Source: a virus
Taxonomy: Duplodnaviria > Caudoviricetes
Length of the DNA: 57,476 nt
IMG/VR virus record: IMGVR_UViG_3300024325_000004
Location: 1 to 57,476 of that record
Reading direction: 5' to 3' (one strand)
Shown here: positions 10,420 to 19,315 of the stretch, one piece after another
Layout: the number at the start of each line of letters is the position of its first letter
How positions within the stretch are numbered: the stretch's first letter is position 1
Translations under genes and position numbers: made by a program
The notes under the pieces: generated by a model
What the model was told of the DNA's origin: nothing
The model's database searches: none
The model's input: only the letters and a program-made list of their open reading frames with translations

Positions 10420-10884
10420 TTATGTAGTACGGTTAGTTTCCGTTATGGTCATAGGCCCGTTACCGGTAATGGTAGCGTCATAAGTAGAAGCTCCTTTTTC
10501 CGGGGCATTCAGTTTCAAGCCTGTTAGCAGACCATCACCTTCATAAAGAACATCGTCACTTATTGTACCATCACCTAAATCAGGATTGGTCATAAAATGC
10601 GCAGTTACTTTCAGATCACTTTCAATGAAGAAACGTGATAACTGGTTGCCGGAAGCGCCCAGACCATCGGCAAAAGCTTTCGCAGAGAAAGTAATTACCC
10701 ATGATTTGTTGTCTACTGTGTTAGTCACCCATTGTATGGGGGCTGCACCTACACCCTGGTCAGGCTTGCAGGTATCATCTGCGGTAACTGCCGCAGAGAA
10801 AGTTAGGTCGGCATTTGTCTGGCATTTATAATAAACACCATCTAAGGTTACCCCTAAAAGCTTGCCGGGAAGTGCATTGCTCAT
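10420..10884 (-). CDS. Tail tube (major tail) protein, paralogue 2
   Basis: PGKLLGV...KSWVITFSAK...YEGDGLLTGLKLNAP...STYDATITGNGPM; TP901-1-like tube pattern. Confidence 0.75.
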   Translation of the reverse strand: MSNALPGKLLGVTLDGVYYKCQTNADLTFSAAVTADDTCKPDQGVGAAPIQWVTNTVDNKSWVITFSAKAFADGLGASGNQLSRFFIESDLKVTAHFMTNPDLGDGTISDDVLYEGDGLLTGLKLNAPEKGASTYDATITGNGPMTITETNRTT

Positions 10885-10885
10885 T

Positions 10886-11221
10886 TTATTTTTCCTCCTT
10901 TAATTTTGCTATAATTTCGTTAATACGTTCAGATTTTGCAATAAGGTCAACAATAGTTAAATTTCCACTTTTACCCCTAACTTCTCCTGTAAAAGCATAT
11001 TTTTTATTGTCTGATTTAAACAGACAATCTACCTTCAAACCTTTAACTATATGAGACTGTCCCTCAAATATATGATTTAATTTCAAAGTTTTACTTTCAA
11101 CAATATTTTTTTTGCCGTCAGGACCCGGAACAGGATCACGCTCAATGTCAAATATTACGTTATCGGAGCAAGCCCATCCCTCATCCCATACGATAAAACC
11201 TATTCCTTGTCCGTTCATCAT
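10886..11221 (-). CDS. Hypothetical protein inserted between the tail tube paralogues
   Basis: 111-aa ORF, AT-rich, ATGA-coupled. Confidence 0.55.
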   Translation of the reverse strand: MMNGQGIGFIVWDEGWACSDNVIFDIERDPVPGPDGKKNIVESKTLKLNHIFEGQSHIVKGLKVDCLFKSDNKKYAFTGEVRGKSGNLTIVDLIAKSERINEIIAKLKEEK

Positions 11222-11691
11222 GTTACAGATTCATCAACTATTATCGGGTAATCCGCCTCTGCTGGCATGGCATCGATCAGTATTGCGAAGTCCTCAAACG
11301 ATGTTGTTAAAGCCCCAGTACCTTGAAAAACAACGTTCCACGTGGCATTTCCTTTACTTGGCGCCGAAGTTGCTCCTGAGGCCAATAACGCGGTTCCTGA
11401 GATGGATAATTGTGTAGTAGCCGTTGGCCTGGTACCCCATATTAATGAAACGGGTAGCCTCGAAAAAAAGGTGTTCAGAATAGTTTTAAAATCTGCTCCT
11501 ACGGCTTCGGCTAATAACTGCCCGCTTACACTCATCGACCAGGAACGTATACCTTGTAACCACTCTTTCCACCCTGCACTGTCAATCGCAGAAGCAGGAA
11601 GCATATCAGCCTGGAAGTTAAAATCACAGGAAACCTCGCAGGAAATAAAAACCCCGTTAACTTTCAACCCGATCAATCTTCCTGGTATCAT
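11218..11691 (-). CDS. Tail tube protein, paralogue 1
   Basis: PGRLIGL...DSAGWKEWLQGIRSWSMSVSG...ATWNVVFQGTGAL; TP901-1-like tube pattern. Confidence 0.75.
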   Translation of the reverse strand: MIPGRLIGLKVNGVFISCEVSCDFNFQADMLPASAIDSAGWKEWLQGIRSWSMSVSGQLLAEAVGADFKTILNTFFSRLPVSLIWGTRPTATTQLSISGTALLASGATSAPSKGNATWNVVFQGTGALTTSFEDFAILIDAMPAEADYPIIVDESVT

Positions 11692-12135
11692 TTAATCTCC
11701 CACTGATTTTAAAATCGTTAATGCGCCGCCACAATCATAGATAACCCCATCAACTGTGCCCTGTATATTTAGCAATACTTGGGTACCGTGTTTAGCCTTT
11801 AATGTATAGCTGAAATTAACACTAAATCCTTCTGACGCCAATTCATTTAATGACAATGTTGCTACATTGCCATTTGGATCAGTGAATTGCAGTAAAAAGA
11901 ATACATTTTGAGACCCTGTATATACCCTTATATTAGAATAGCTATCAAACCTGATAATCTCATCCTTATCAGCGGATACATTATGTGTAAATAACGTTTT
12001 ATCGCCAAATTGCGCTAAGAAATCAAAACTTTCCGCTTGTAATTTAGCTAATACTGCGTCAACTAATTGGTTGCAATAATCCGATGTGAATTGATCTCCG
12101 GGGCTAAACGGGGCTGGATTTGGGAATGGTGTCAT
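11692..12135 (-). CDS. Putative virion accessory protein
   Basis: N-terminal GDQFTSDYCNQLV motif shared with the 54624-56276 protein. Confidence 0.55.
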   Translation of the reverse strand: MTPFPNPAPFSPGDQFTSDYCNQLVDAVLAKLQAESFDFLAQFGDKTLFTHNVSADKDEIIRFDSYSNIRVYTGSQNVFFLLQFTDPNGNVATLSLNELASEGFSVNFSYTLKAKHGTQVLLNIQGTVDGVIYDCGGALTILKSVGD

Positions 12136-12590
12136 GATAATTGAAATGGAAAAATGTAAGGAAATCCGTTATTTACTGGTTTTTCTGAAAGCCAATGCTC
12201 ATATATTAATACCCTGCGTTCGATAGTATTCGTTTTATCGGTCATATCCAAATTCATACTCTGTATCAAATTGATTGATTTTAAGTAAAAATTATCTATA
12301 GAAAATCCTGCCTCGACAGCAGTTATACATTTTTCTTCTGTATCATCCACATAAGTCGTAGCCGTATACCCTCTGTCATTAACCCTTATAATATGCAGAA
12401 TGATACGGCTCAGCCATTCAAATTCAGTTTTACTTCTTTCGGTAGTCGTTTTACTTTGCGACTCGATCAATACATATTCACTGGGTATAGGATTAGTTTC
12501 AGGTGGAATGCTTTTATTAAAAGCGGTTATTCCTTGTCCGGTTAACAAAGCTAAATAAGCTTTTCGTAAATTCTTATCCGGATTTTTCAT
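12132..12590 (-). CDS. Tail terminator/completion protein
   Basis: Follows the gp10-like gene; MKNPDKNLRKAY...YVLIESQ; C-terminal GFPYIFPFQLS. Confidence 0.65.
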   Translation of the reverse strand: MKNPDKNLRKAYLALLTGQGITAFNKSIPPETNPIPSEYVLIESQSKTTTERSKTEFEWLSRIILHIIRVNDRGYTATTYVDDTEEKCITAVEAGFSIDNFYLKSINLIQSMNLDMTDKTNTIERRVLIYEHWLSEKPVNNGFPYIFPFQLS

Positions 12591-12988
12591 AAGTTACCTA
12601 ATTCTTTTTCTATTTCAGGAAATAATTCTTCCTGGTGTTCATAAATAGCAGGAAAAAAATAAGGATGGGCACTTAATGTACCCTGTCCGTTCACAAAGAA
12701 TTTCTTCGCCTCGGCTACCTGTTCATCAGGTTTTCCTGCTAGAAATGTTTCTGCGTTCTGGCCGGTACCAAACTCGATGTATGCAGATAATTCATCGCCC
12801 GCATCTATAATAGTTTCCTCTCCTGTCTGGATCACACTTATTTTACCGGATAAGCTGCCTGGAGCCTGCGCCCGTGCACTCTCTGCTATTCGTTCAGCAA
12901 CAGTCAGCTCAGCGCGGTTAACCGCAGGGCGAATTTCCTTTAAAAGATGGCTCAATGGCCCTAAAGCTTCTTCCAGGTTTTTTATCAT
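12587..12988 (-). CDS. HK97 gp10-like neck/tail component
   Basis: SAYIEFGTG and AHPYFFPA motifs. Confidence 0.75.
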   Translation of the reverse strand: MIKNLEEALGPLSHLLKEIRPAVNRAELTVAERIAESARAQAPGSLSGKISVIQTGEETIIDAGDELSAYIEFGTGQNAETFLAGKPDEQVAEAKKFFVNGQGTLSAHPYFFPAIYEHQEELFPEIEKELGNL

Positions 12989-13383
12989 GTTCCTTTTTCA
13001 ATAGTCGTACACAATAAACGCCAGTAATGCACAGGCTGATCCACATCAATAATCGCCCTCAACCTGTAATTTATCACAACTCCATTCACACTAACCTGCA
13101 CACGCATATTCTTTTTCGGGTGCCAGTTCGGACGGTAACGAATAGAATAATAAGTATCCCCGTTCATTAACGTAGCGCCTGCTTCTTCCTCTAACTGCGA
13201 ATAAATACTGCCCGGCCTGTTTTGTATATTCTGCTGCGAGGCTTTGGTTGAATAACTTAAAACTTCGCTTGGTACCTGGTTCCCGTATTCATCTGGAGTG
13301 GTCGTTTGTTCATAAAATTGGATATTAAACCGAAGCCTGCCCGGGTCAATAAAAGTTTTATTTTCGTATAACAATTTTTTCAT
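12985..13383 (-). CDS. Head closure protein (head-tail adaptor)
   Basis: PGRLRFNIQF...TPDEYGN...IRYR pattern and synteny. Confidence 0.75.
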   Translation of the reverse strand: MKKLLYENKTFIDPGRLRFNIQFYEQTTTPDEYGNQVPSEVLSYSTKASQQNIQNRPGSIYSQLEEEAGATLMNGDTYYSIRYRPNWHPKKNMRVQVSVNGVVINYRLRAIIDVDQPVHYWRLLCTTIEKGT

Positions 13384-13949
13384 ATCAGTGCCCTCCGGTA
13401 CTGATTAATTAAAATTTGTATATCTGTAGGCTGTGATACCTGATAACTGTCACGATTTTCATATAAGTATGTGATCCATTTATACGCCGCTTCGATCAAT
13501 GGCGGTGGTATTTGTGCAATATCTTCTACAGCAAATCCAGTCTGTAAAGTAATAACACTATTTGGCAGTGCGTACAACAATGTTTTTAGTGCATTCTTCT
13601 TTGTAGTATATTCCACAGCTACAGGAGGATCGGACTGATCGGTAACCGAAGTTATCGTGAAAGGGTACAAGTAAATTGAAAGCCCTCCGGGGATACATTT
13701 TATACCTGATGAACCGTACCATTCACCATATCCCGCTATAGGAAAAAAATTAGCAGGATTGAAAAAAGGCTGCTGCCTGTTATAAAGTATTTCTGTACGT
13801 TGATAAGTTCTCCAACACGTATGTTTTTCTACCCAGTCAACAGCTGCTTTTATAAGCCTTGTAATAGTCGCATCATCATCCGTAAAGGCTAATTCTATAT
13901 TCAACCAGTTCTTAGCCGAATTAAGAGGTATGATATCTAATGCGTCCAT
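13380..13949 (-). CDS. Head-tail connector (HK97 gp6-like)
   Basis: AKNWLNI...DDDATITRLIKAAVDWVEKHT...YLYENR...INQYRR. Confidence 0.8.
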   Translation of the reverse strand: MDALDIIPLNSAKNWLNIELAFTDDDATITRLIKAAVDWVEKHTCWRTYQRTEILYNRQQPFFNPANFFPIAGYGEWYGSSGIKCIPGGLSIYLYPFTITSVTDQSDPPVAVEYTTKKNALKTLLYALPNSVITLQTGFAVEDIAQIPPPLIEAAYKWITYLYENRDSYQVSQPTDIQILINQYRRALI

Positions 13950-13953
13950 AAAT

Positions 13954-13961
13954 CAAATATA
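13954..13961 (-). promoter_or_regulatory. Bacteroidota -7 promoter element (TATATTTG)
   Basis: Matches TAnnTTTG, 4 nt before the connector ATG. Confidence 0.55.
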
Positions 13962-13964
13962 AAT

Positions 13965-13999
13965 AAAAAAGTCCCACATATTCAGTATACGTGGGACTA
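13965..13999 (-). terminator. Rho-independent terminator after the capsid gene
   Basis: AGTCCCAC/GTGGGACT stem followed by a U-tract on the minus strand. Confidence 0.75.
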
Positions 14000-14022
14000 A
14001 ACTTAAAAATCATGAAAAACGA

Positions 14023-15318
14023 TTAAGTAGTACGGGTAAAGTCAAGTTTCTTGAATGACTCAGGGAAGAAAGGAGTCATTGCCATACGTGCTTCAATTAA
14101 GAAGGTAACCAGGTTCTTGAAGAAGTTCTGGTCAGCTTCAGTCGAAGTACGTAAGGTAATACCCTTACGCTGCCATAAAGCCACGCCGCGGCTAAAATTA
14201 CCGGATATCCCTTCCAGTGCATTGAACACGGTATGGAAATAAATCGGGATACCTCCAACAGCCAATTGACCGGCAGTAGTAGCCTGGATCGGGTAATCGT
14301 ATTCTTGGGTAGCACCTTCTGATTTGTTCATCAAAAGTTCAGCATAAGCTTCCGGAGAAATCCAGACAGCGTCACCTGGACGCAAGCTACGGCGCGAATT
14401 GGTCAAGCCAACCACGATTTTATCCCAATTATTTGAGTTCGGGTTCGCTGTTTCAAAACCTGCATAATTCAATGCGGAGGCTACATTCGCGTACAAACCG
14501 TTCAATTCAGTTGTACCGTTCCCCTTGAACACCTGGCGGGTTTCTTCGTCTTTATAAGCCCATGGTAATTCCTGGGCTAAAAATGCACTTGAACCTACCA
14601 AATCATCCAAAAATTCTTCCTGCACACTTACCCAACCAGCAATTTTAATTACCGGTGCCAGTTTCCCGGTAGGTGTATAATCAAACTGCGGTTTAGTTGC
14701 GCCAGCAGCAGTAGAACCGATGCTACCGTCTTTTTTAGTGAACTGAACGTAGTTTATAGACGGAAATTCAGTTGGATACACTGGTATAATGTCGCGGGCC
14801 TGCACCATTTCATGCGGGATACCGATAGGCTGTAACCACTGCTGTGCAGTGGTACCTGAAGGCACTCCGATCACGCCAGGCGCTTTTTCAGCCAATAAGC
14901 CTTTACCTTCCAGTTCCACATTGAAAGATTTTCTGGTCTTGAACCCCGCAAGCTGTTTGTATCCTTCACTTTCCTTGTTTTCAAACATTTCAGTGATCTC
15001 GGCTTTCAAACCAGACATTTCAGCCTGTTTTTGCTTAGCATGGATACGTTCCATCTTAGCTTCAACAGCTTCACGTTTCTTGTCTGTTTCGTCAATTTTA
15101 ACTGTCAGTGCATCAATCTCAACTTTTTGGGCTTCGATTGTTTTTGTCAGTTCTTCTTTAACTACTTTGACTTTCTCATCCGCAGCAGTTTCGGCAGCGA
15201 CTTTCGCGGCTTCCTGCGTTTCCTTCATTTCGTGGTTACGCTTATCATCAGCGTATTTCTCTTTCTGATAATCAGTAAGAGCATCGAACTGGGCTTTGGT
15301 TAAATACTCAAATTTCAT
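14023..15318 (-). CDS. Major capsid protein, HK97 fold, with N-terminal coiled-coil delta domain
   Basis: Charged helical first ~140 aa; KIAGWVSVQEEFLDD, GNGTTELNGL, FFKNLVTFLIEAR. Confidence 0.9.
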   Translation of the reverse strand: MKFEYLTKAQFDALTDYQKEKYADDKRNHEMKETQEAAKVAAETAADEKVKVVKEELTKTIEAQKVEIDALTVKIDETDKKREAVEAKMERIHAKQKQAEMSGLKAEITEMFENKESEGYKQLAGFKTRKSFNVELEGKGLLAEKAPGVIGVPSGTTAQQWLQPIGIPHEMVQARDIIPVYPTEFPSINYVQFTKKDGSIGSTAAGATKPQFDYTPTGKLAPVIKIAGWVSVQEEFLDDLVGSSAFLAQELPWAYKDEETRQVFKGNGTTELNGLYANVASALNYAGFETANPNSNNWDKIVVGLTNSRRSLRPGDAVWISPEAYAELLMNKSEGATQEYDYPIQATTAGQLAVGGIPIYFHTVFNALEGISGNFSRGVALWQRKGITLRTSTEADQNFFKNLVTFLIEARMAMTPFFPESFKKLDFTRTT

Positions 15319-15330
15319 TTTGGGTTGTTT

Positions 15331-16167
15331 TTAAAGTTCGTAAAAATAATCTGATTTAACCTCAGTGCTGCTGTCTGCGGGCGGTTCGGTTTCTTTTTTC
15401 GACTGTTTGTTAGACGGGTCGGTATATAAAATCGGTGTAGCGCGGTTGGATCCTGCGAGTACCGCGCTTCCTTCTTTAACAATTTTAGCGGATTGAATGC
15501 CCCAGTAATACCCTGCGGCCATTACTTCCTCCTTATTGGCGATCTTCGGCAGGTATGTGTAAAAATTCATACGTTCCTGTTCCAGGCCTTTGGCAGTGCT
15601 GTCTACACACAATACCATTTTTTCATATTGCATCCTTACAGAGTTCTGCAAGGGAACGCCAGCCTTGATCGCTTTTTTAGCGTCTTTATTTGACTTGTCA
15701 GTGATCTGAGCTGCAAAAATCAGCGCCTGGGTCTGACCATCATAATTCTCTCCTACATCGGACCAGTTCAAAGTTTTAACCATCGGGTCAACCTCATCTG
15801 GGTAGCTAATAATACTGCCAAGCTTAAGTTCGTGATTGATCGCATAATATAATTTACCTTTTTGCTGCTCTACCGAAGTATTCCAGATATCGTCCAGGTG
15901 AACGTCACCGTGACTGTCATACCAATTTGTCGTGTTGATAACAGGATAAATCGTATCACCATCTTTTACGGTTTTTAATTTATCCGGTGCTACGCCTTTA
16001 GCTACATCTTCCCGGCTTTCACGAAAACTATACCCTACAGGATCACTGTCCTTGATAGCTGCTTTCTTGATCGAGATGATTTTATCGACATTTCCCTTCA
16101 ACGCAAAAAACATTTCATCCTTGGACGAAAATTTCTTGTCAAGTTCACGACAATAGATTTTGCTCAT
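15331..16167 (-). CDS. Putative prohead protease
   Basis: Immediately upstream of the capsid gene; DSHGDVH, NH, SV and EGSAVLAGSN motifs resemble HK97-type proteases. Confidence 0.65.
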   Translation of the reverse strand: MSKIYCRELDKKFSSKDEMFFALKGNVDKIISIKKAAIKDSDPVGYSFRESREDVAKGVAPDKLKTVKDGDTIYPVINTTNWYDSHGDVHLDDIWNTSVEQQKGKLYYAINHELKLGSIISYPDEVDPMVKTLNWSDVGENYDGQTQALIFAAQITDKSNKDAKKAIKAGVPLQNSVRMQYEKMVLCVDSTAKGLEQERMNFYTYLPKIANKEEVMAAGYYWGIQSAKIVKEGSAVLAGSNRATPILYTDPSNKQSKKETEPPADSSTEVKSDYFYEL

Positions 16168-16292
16168 TTTGTGAAAGGCGTTTGAATGTGTTTTTGCTTC
16201 TCAGCGATTGATTTTTTGACGTTTTCAGGCAGGTTTTTCTCTTTAAGCTTTTCCAGCTTTTCGATTTGTTCCTTCTGTTTCTGATCGTTCAT
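16164..16292 (-). CDS. Small basic protein (42 aa)
   Basis: MNDQKQKEQIEKLEK...; ATGA overlap with the protease gene; TATATTTA just upstream. Confidence 0.55.
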   Translation of the reverse strand: MNDQKQKEQIEKLEKLKEKNLPENVKKSIAEKQKHIQTPFTK

Positions 16293-16373
16293 TTGTGTAA
16301 ATATAGATTTAAATAAAAATTTATTTTTCATAACGCTTGCATTGAATAGTATGAATGATTAATTTTGATTAAT

Positions 16374-16529
16374 ATGAAGAAAAATCGTATACAAATCGTT
16401 CTACCAGAAGCAGCAGTAGAAAAGTTTGAAAAGCAAGCTAAAAAACAGGGCCGGTCAGAATCAAATCTGGGCCGTAAATATTTAATGGAGGGCCTTTCTA
16501 AAGACGAACAACAGGAGGTAAAGAAATAA
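16374..16529 (+). CDS. Ribbon-helix-helix-like regulator (51 aa)
   Basis: MKKNRIQIVLPEAAVEKFEKQAKKQGRSESNLGRKYLMEGL; heads the glycosyltransferase island. Confidence 0.65.
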   Translation: MKKNRIQIVLPEAAVEKFEKQAKKQGRSESNLGRKYLMEGLSKDEQQEVKK

Positions 16530-16786
16530 TGCCATTGCGTAGATTTCAAATTTTAGGTATTGCGGTTCAAATGACTTTTAAACAGGATTTGGATTCACAA
16601 AAGATGCATCATACTGGTGAAGTGGATTTTATCAATAAACGGTTTGAAGGTATGATACAACTGGATATTCAAACAAACGGTGACTTTTCCGATTTCGATG
16701 AAGAAAAATTAAAAAGTTTAATTACTACATATTTTCAAGCAAATACAAAAATCGTAATACCTGATATAGTAAGGAGTTCAAACTAA
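16529..16786 (+). CDS. Hypothetical protein
   Basis: Coupled ORF in the island. Confidence 0.5.
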   Translation: MPLRRFQILGIAVQMTFKQDLDSQKMHHTGEVDFINKRFEGMIQLDIQTNGDFSDFDEEKLKSLITTYFQANTKIVIPDIVRSSN

Positions 16787-16995
16787 TGGATAGTAGATTT
16801 CCCTCTTTATGTATCGGACAAGTTTTTAGTGTTTTTGAAATTATAACGCATAACAATCAAAATCGTCAAGAAATAGCATATAAATGGATTATTGACTCTG
16901 AAAACGATGCGCTGCCTTGTTTTGTAAGAACAAGTTATGGTGTTATAAAAAGTTATAAACTAATAGGACGTTTAATTATTAAAGTTATAAAATGA
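16786..16995 (+). CDS. Hypothetical protein
   Basis: Coupled ORF in the island. Confidence 0.45.
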   Translation: MDSRFPSLCIGQVFSVFEIITHNNQNRQEIAYKWIIDSENDALPCFVRTSYGVIKSYKLIGRLIIKVIK

Positions 16996-17651
16996 ATATT
17001 GGAGTTGCAATTTCTACACATAATCGCCGGGACATCGCCGATCACTCTATTGAACAGTGGCGGCGATTCCTGCCGGCAGGTGCTAAACTGGTTATCGTAG
17101 ATGATGCTTCGGATATTCCTTATCCTGGCGCAGATTATGCTTTTACCTCGCAACAGGGAATAGCTGTAGTAAAGAACAAATGCCTTCAATTGCTGGAAGA
17201 TTGTACTCATAAATTCCTGGTCGATGATGATATTTATCCCCTCGAAGCAAGCTGGTGGAGCGATTATGTATTCAGCAATTTAATGCACGCCTGTTATATT
17301 TTTGATCGTAAGTTGCTATGGAAAGAACCGTCTTACGCTTCTTATGAACTTCCAAGAGGTTGTATGCTTTATTTTACGCATTTCTGCATAGCTGCCGCAG
17401 GTGGTTTTGACACCAGGTTTAAAATATATGGATACGATCATGCCGAATTGTCCAGGCGTATTTTCAATATGAATTTAACTCCTGCCAGATATGTCGATAT
17501 ACCCAATTCAAACGGATTATTTTATTCGCACGATGAGCAGAACACAGCTGCATCAAGTTTAGATATTGTTGAGAGAAACAAATTTATCCGTGGGAATAAA
17601 AAGTATTTTGACGAGACTTTTTTAAGTAATTCTTTTATACCTTACAAATGA
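16992..17651 (+). CDS. Glycosyltransferase, GT2/GT-A fold
   Basis: VAISTHNR, IVDDAS, DDD (DxD) and GGFDTRFKIYGYDH motifs. Confidence 0.9.
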   Translation: MNIGVAISTHNRRDIADHSIEQWRRFLPAGAKLVIVDDASDIPYPGADYAFTSQQGIAVVKNKCLQLLEDCTHKFLVDDDIYPLEASWWSDYVFSNLMHACYIFDRKLLWKEPSYASYELPRGCMLYFTHFCIAAAGGFDTRFKIYGYDHAELSRRIFNMNLTPARYVDIPNSNGLFYSHDEQNTAASSLDIVERNKFIRGNKKYFDETFLSNSFIPYK

Positions 17652-18298
17652 GAATATCTGTAATACATCCTACTCGTAACAGACCAAAACAAGCATATCA
17701 GACTTGGAGTAATTGGTATGATAAAGCAGATAATGTTTTTGAGTATATTTTATCAATAGATGAAGATGATAAATATGACTATTTAGAATTTCCTTGCAAA
17801 GTTTTAACGCGCCCAAATAAATCTGCTATTGAAGCAATTAATAATGCTGTAAAATTCATAACGGGTGACTTAATAATTGTTATTTCAGATGATTTTGACG
17901 CACCTGATCATTGGGATACATTACTTTTAAACGAACTTAAAGACAAAACTGATTTTTTACTAAAAACTGATGACGGACTACAACCTACCCTTGTTACACT
18001 CCCTATACTTGACCGTGTTTACTATAACCGCTTTGGTTACGTGTATCATCCTGATTACAAGCATATGTGGGCGGATACGGAAATGACAGCTGTAGCATTA
18101 ATGATTGGTAAATGCATCAAGTCGGACCTTAGTTTTCCTCACTTGCATTATAGTACTGGAAAATCTCCGAAAGATGAGATCAACGTACGCAATGATGCTA
18201 CGTGGAAGCAGGGTGAGAGATTATTTAACGAAAGATTGAAAACAAACTTTGGAATCACCGAACCAGTAATGGCTTATTCAGATATAAAATGGAAATAA
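17648..18298 (+). CDS. Glycosyltransferase, GT-A fold
   Basis: ISVIHPTRNRP, SDDFD, HMWADTE and HLH motifs. Confidence 0.8.
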   Translation: MRISVIHPTRNRPKQAYQTWSNWYDKADNVFEYILSIDEDDKYDYLEFPCKVLTRPNKSAIEAINNAVKFITGDLIIVISDDFDAPDHWDTLLLNELKDKTDFLLKTDDGLQPTLVTLPILDRVYYNRFGYVYHPDYKHMWADTEMTAVALMIGKCIKSDLSFPHLHYSTGKSPKDEINVRNDATWKQGERLFNERLKTNFGITEPVMAYSDIKWK

Positions 18299-18501
18299 TT
18301 AAAGATCACGAAGGTCAAGATCAGATGGCTATAAAAGCGAAAGTTTCTATTAGTCATACTGCTAAATTTGAGGATGCTATAATTTATATTTCTGTCAATG
18401 AATTTACTGAATGCTTAGAAGCAGCACTGAGTGCAAAAATAGCAGATGGTAAATCTAATCCTTTTTGGAAAGTGATTGAAACGAAAGGTACACCAAGATG
18501 A
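18289..18501 (+). CDS. Hypothetical protein
   Basis: Small coupled ORF between glycosyltransferase genes. Confidence 0.5.
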   Translation: MEIIKDHEGQDQMAIKAKVSISHTAKFEDAIIYISVNEFTECLEAALSAKIADGKSNPFWKVIETKGTPR

Positions 18502-19034
18502 TTCAACTTTCAATCCTTATTGCCACTATGCCCATACGAGCTCATAAACTTGCTAATCTTCGCCAGGTTCTTGATCGCCAGTTAACGCCTGAAGTGGAAG
18601 TGATCACGGATATTTCTATGAACTATAATATCGGTACCAAGCGTAATAAATTACTTGCACTTGCCTCTGGTAAGTATATAGTCTTCCAGGACGATGATGA
18701 TCTTATCAGTTCAGATTATATCGAAAAAATCCTGAAAGCTTGTGAGCATGATTGTGACTGCATAGGTATTAGTGGCGTAATCACCACAAACGGAAGTCAT
18801 CAGCGCGATTGGCATATCTCGAAGGACTTCCAGATGTGGTTTGAGCGTGGAAACGTTTATTATCGTACACCGAACCATATATCCCCTGTGAAACGTGAAC
18901 TGGCGCTTGCTGCAGGGTTTCCCGAGATCAGCTTCGGAGAAGATTTTGAATACTCCATGCGGCTTTTACCGATGCTAAAGACTGAAACGAAAATACCAGG
19001 TATACTTTACTATTACAGATATTCGTCAAAATGA
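18498..19034 (+). CDS. Glycosyltransferase, GT2
   Basis: LSILIAT, IGTKRN...GKYIVFQDDDD, FGEDFEY. Confidence 0.9.
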   Translation: MIQLSILIATMPIRAHKLANLRQVLDRQLTPEVEVITDISMNYNIGTKRNKLLALASGKYIVFQDDDDLISSDYIEKILKACEHDCDCIGISGVITTNGSHQRDWHISKDFQMWFERGNVYYRTPNHISPVKRELALAAGFPEISFGEDFEYSMRLLPMLKTETKIPGILYYYRYSSK

Positions 19035-19315
19035 AAAAATTAGAAAAAACAGTAGAAAAGTCAACCTGGGATGATTTTCGCAAGAGCGGATTATTCATGT
19101 TCGTAAATGTTATTTTACATGCCTTTGGTTGGGCTTTATGTGTAGAAGTTGAATATGATAAAGAAAAACAGATTGAAACCGGCCCTGTAACTTCGGTTTT
19201 TCCTGCTCGGGTTAAATTCAGAGGTTTCACTGAAGAAGATCAAATCGAAATGCATGAACATATTGCAAAATATTTAGCAGAAACAGCACCTAATTTTCCA
19301 GAAGAAATAAAATGA
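19031..19315 (+). CDS. Hypothetical phage protein
   Basis: 94-aa coupled ORF. Confidence 0.6.
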   Translation: MKKLEKTVEKSTWDDFRKSGLFMFVNVILHAFGWALCVEVEYDKEKQIETGPVTSVFPARVKFRGFTEEDQIEMHEHIAKYLAETAPNFPEEIK

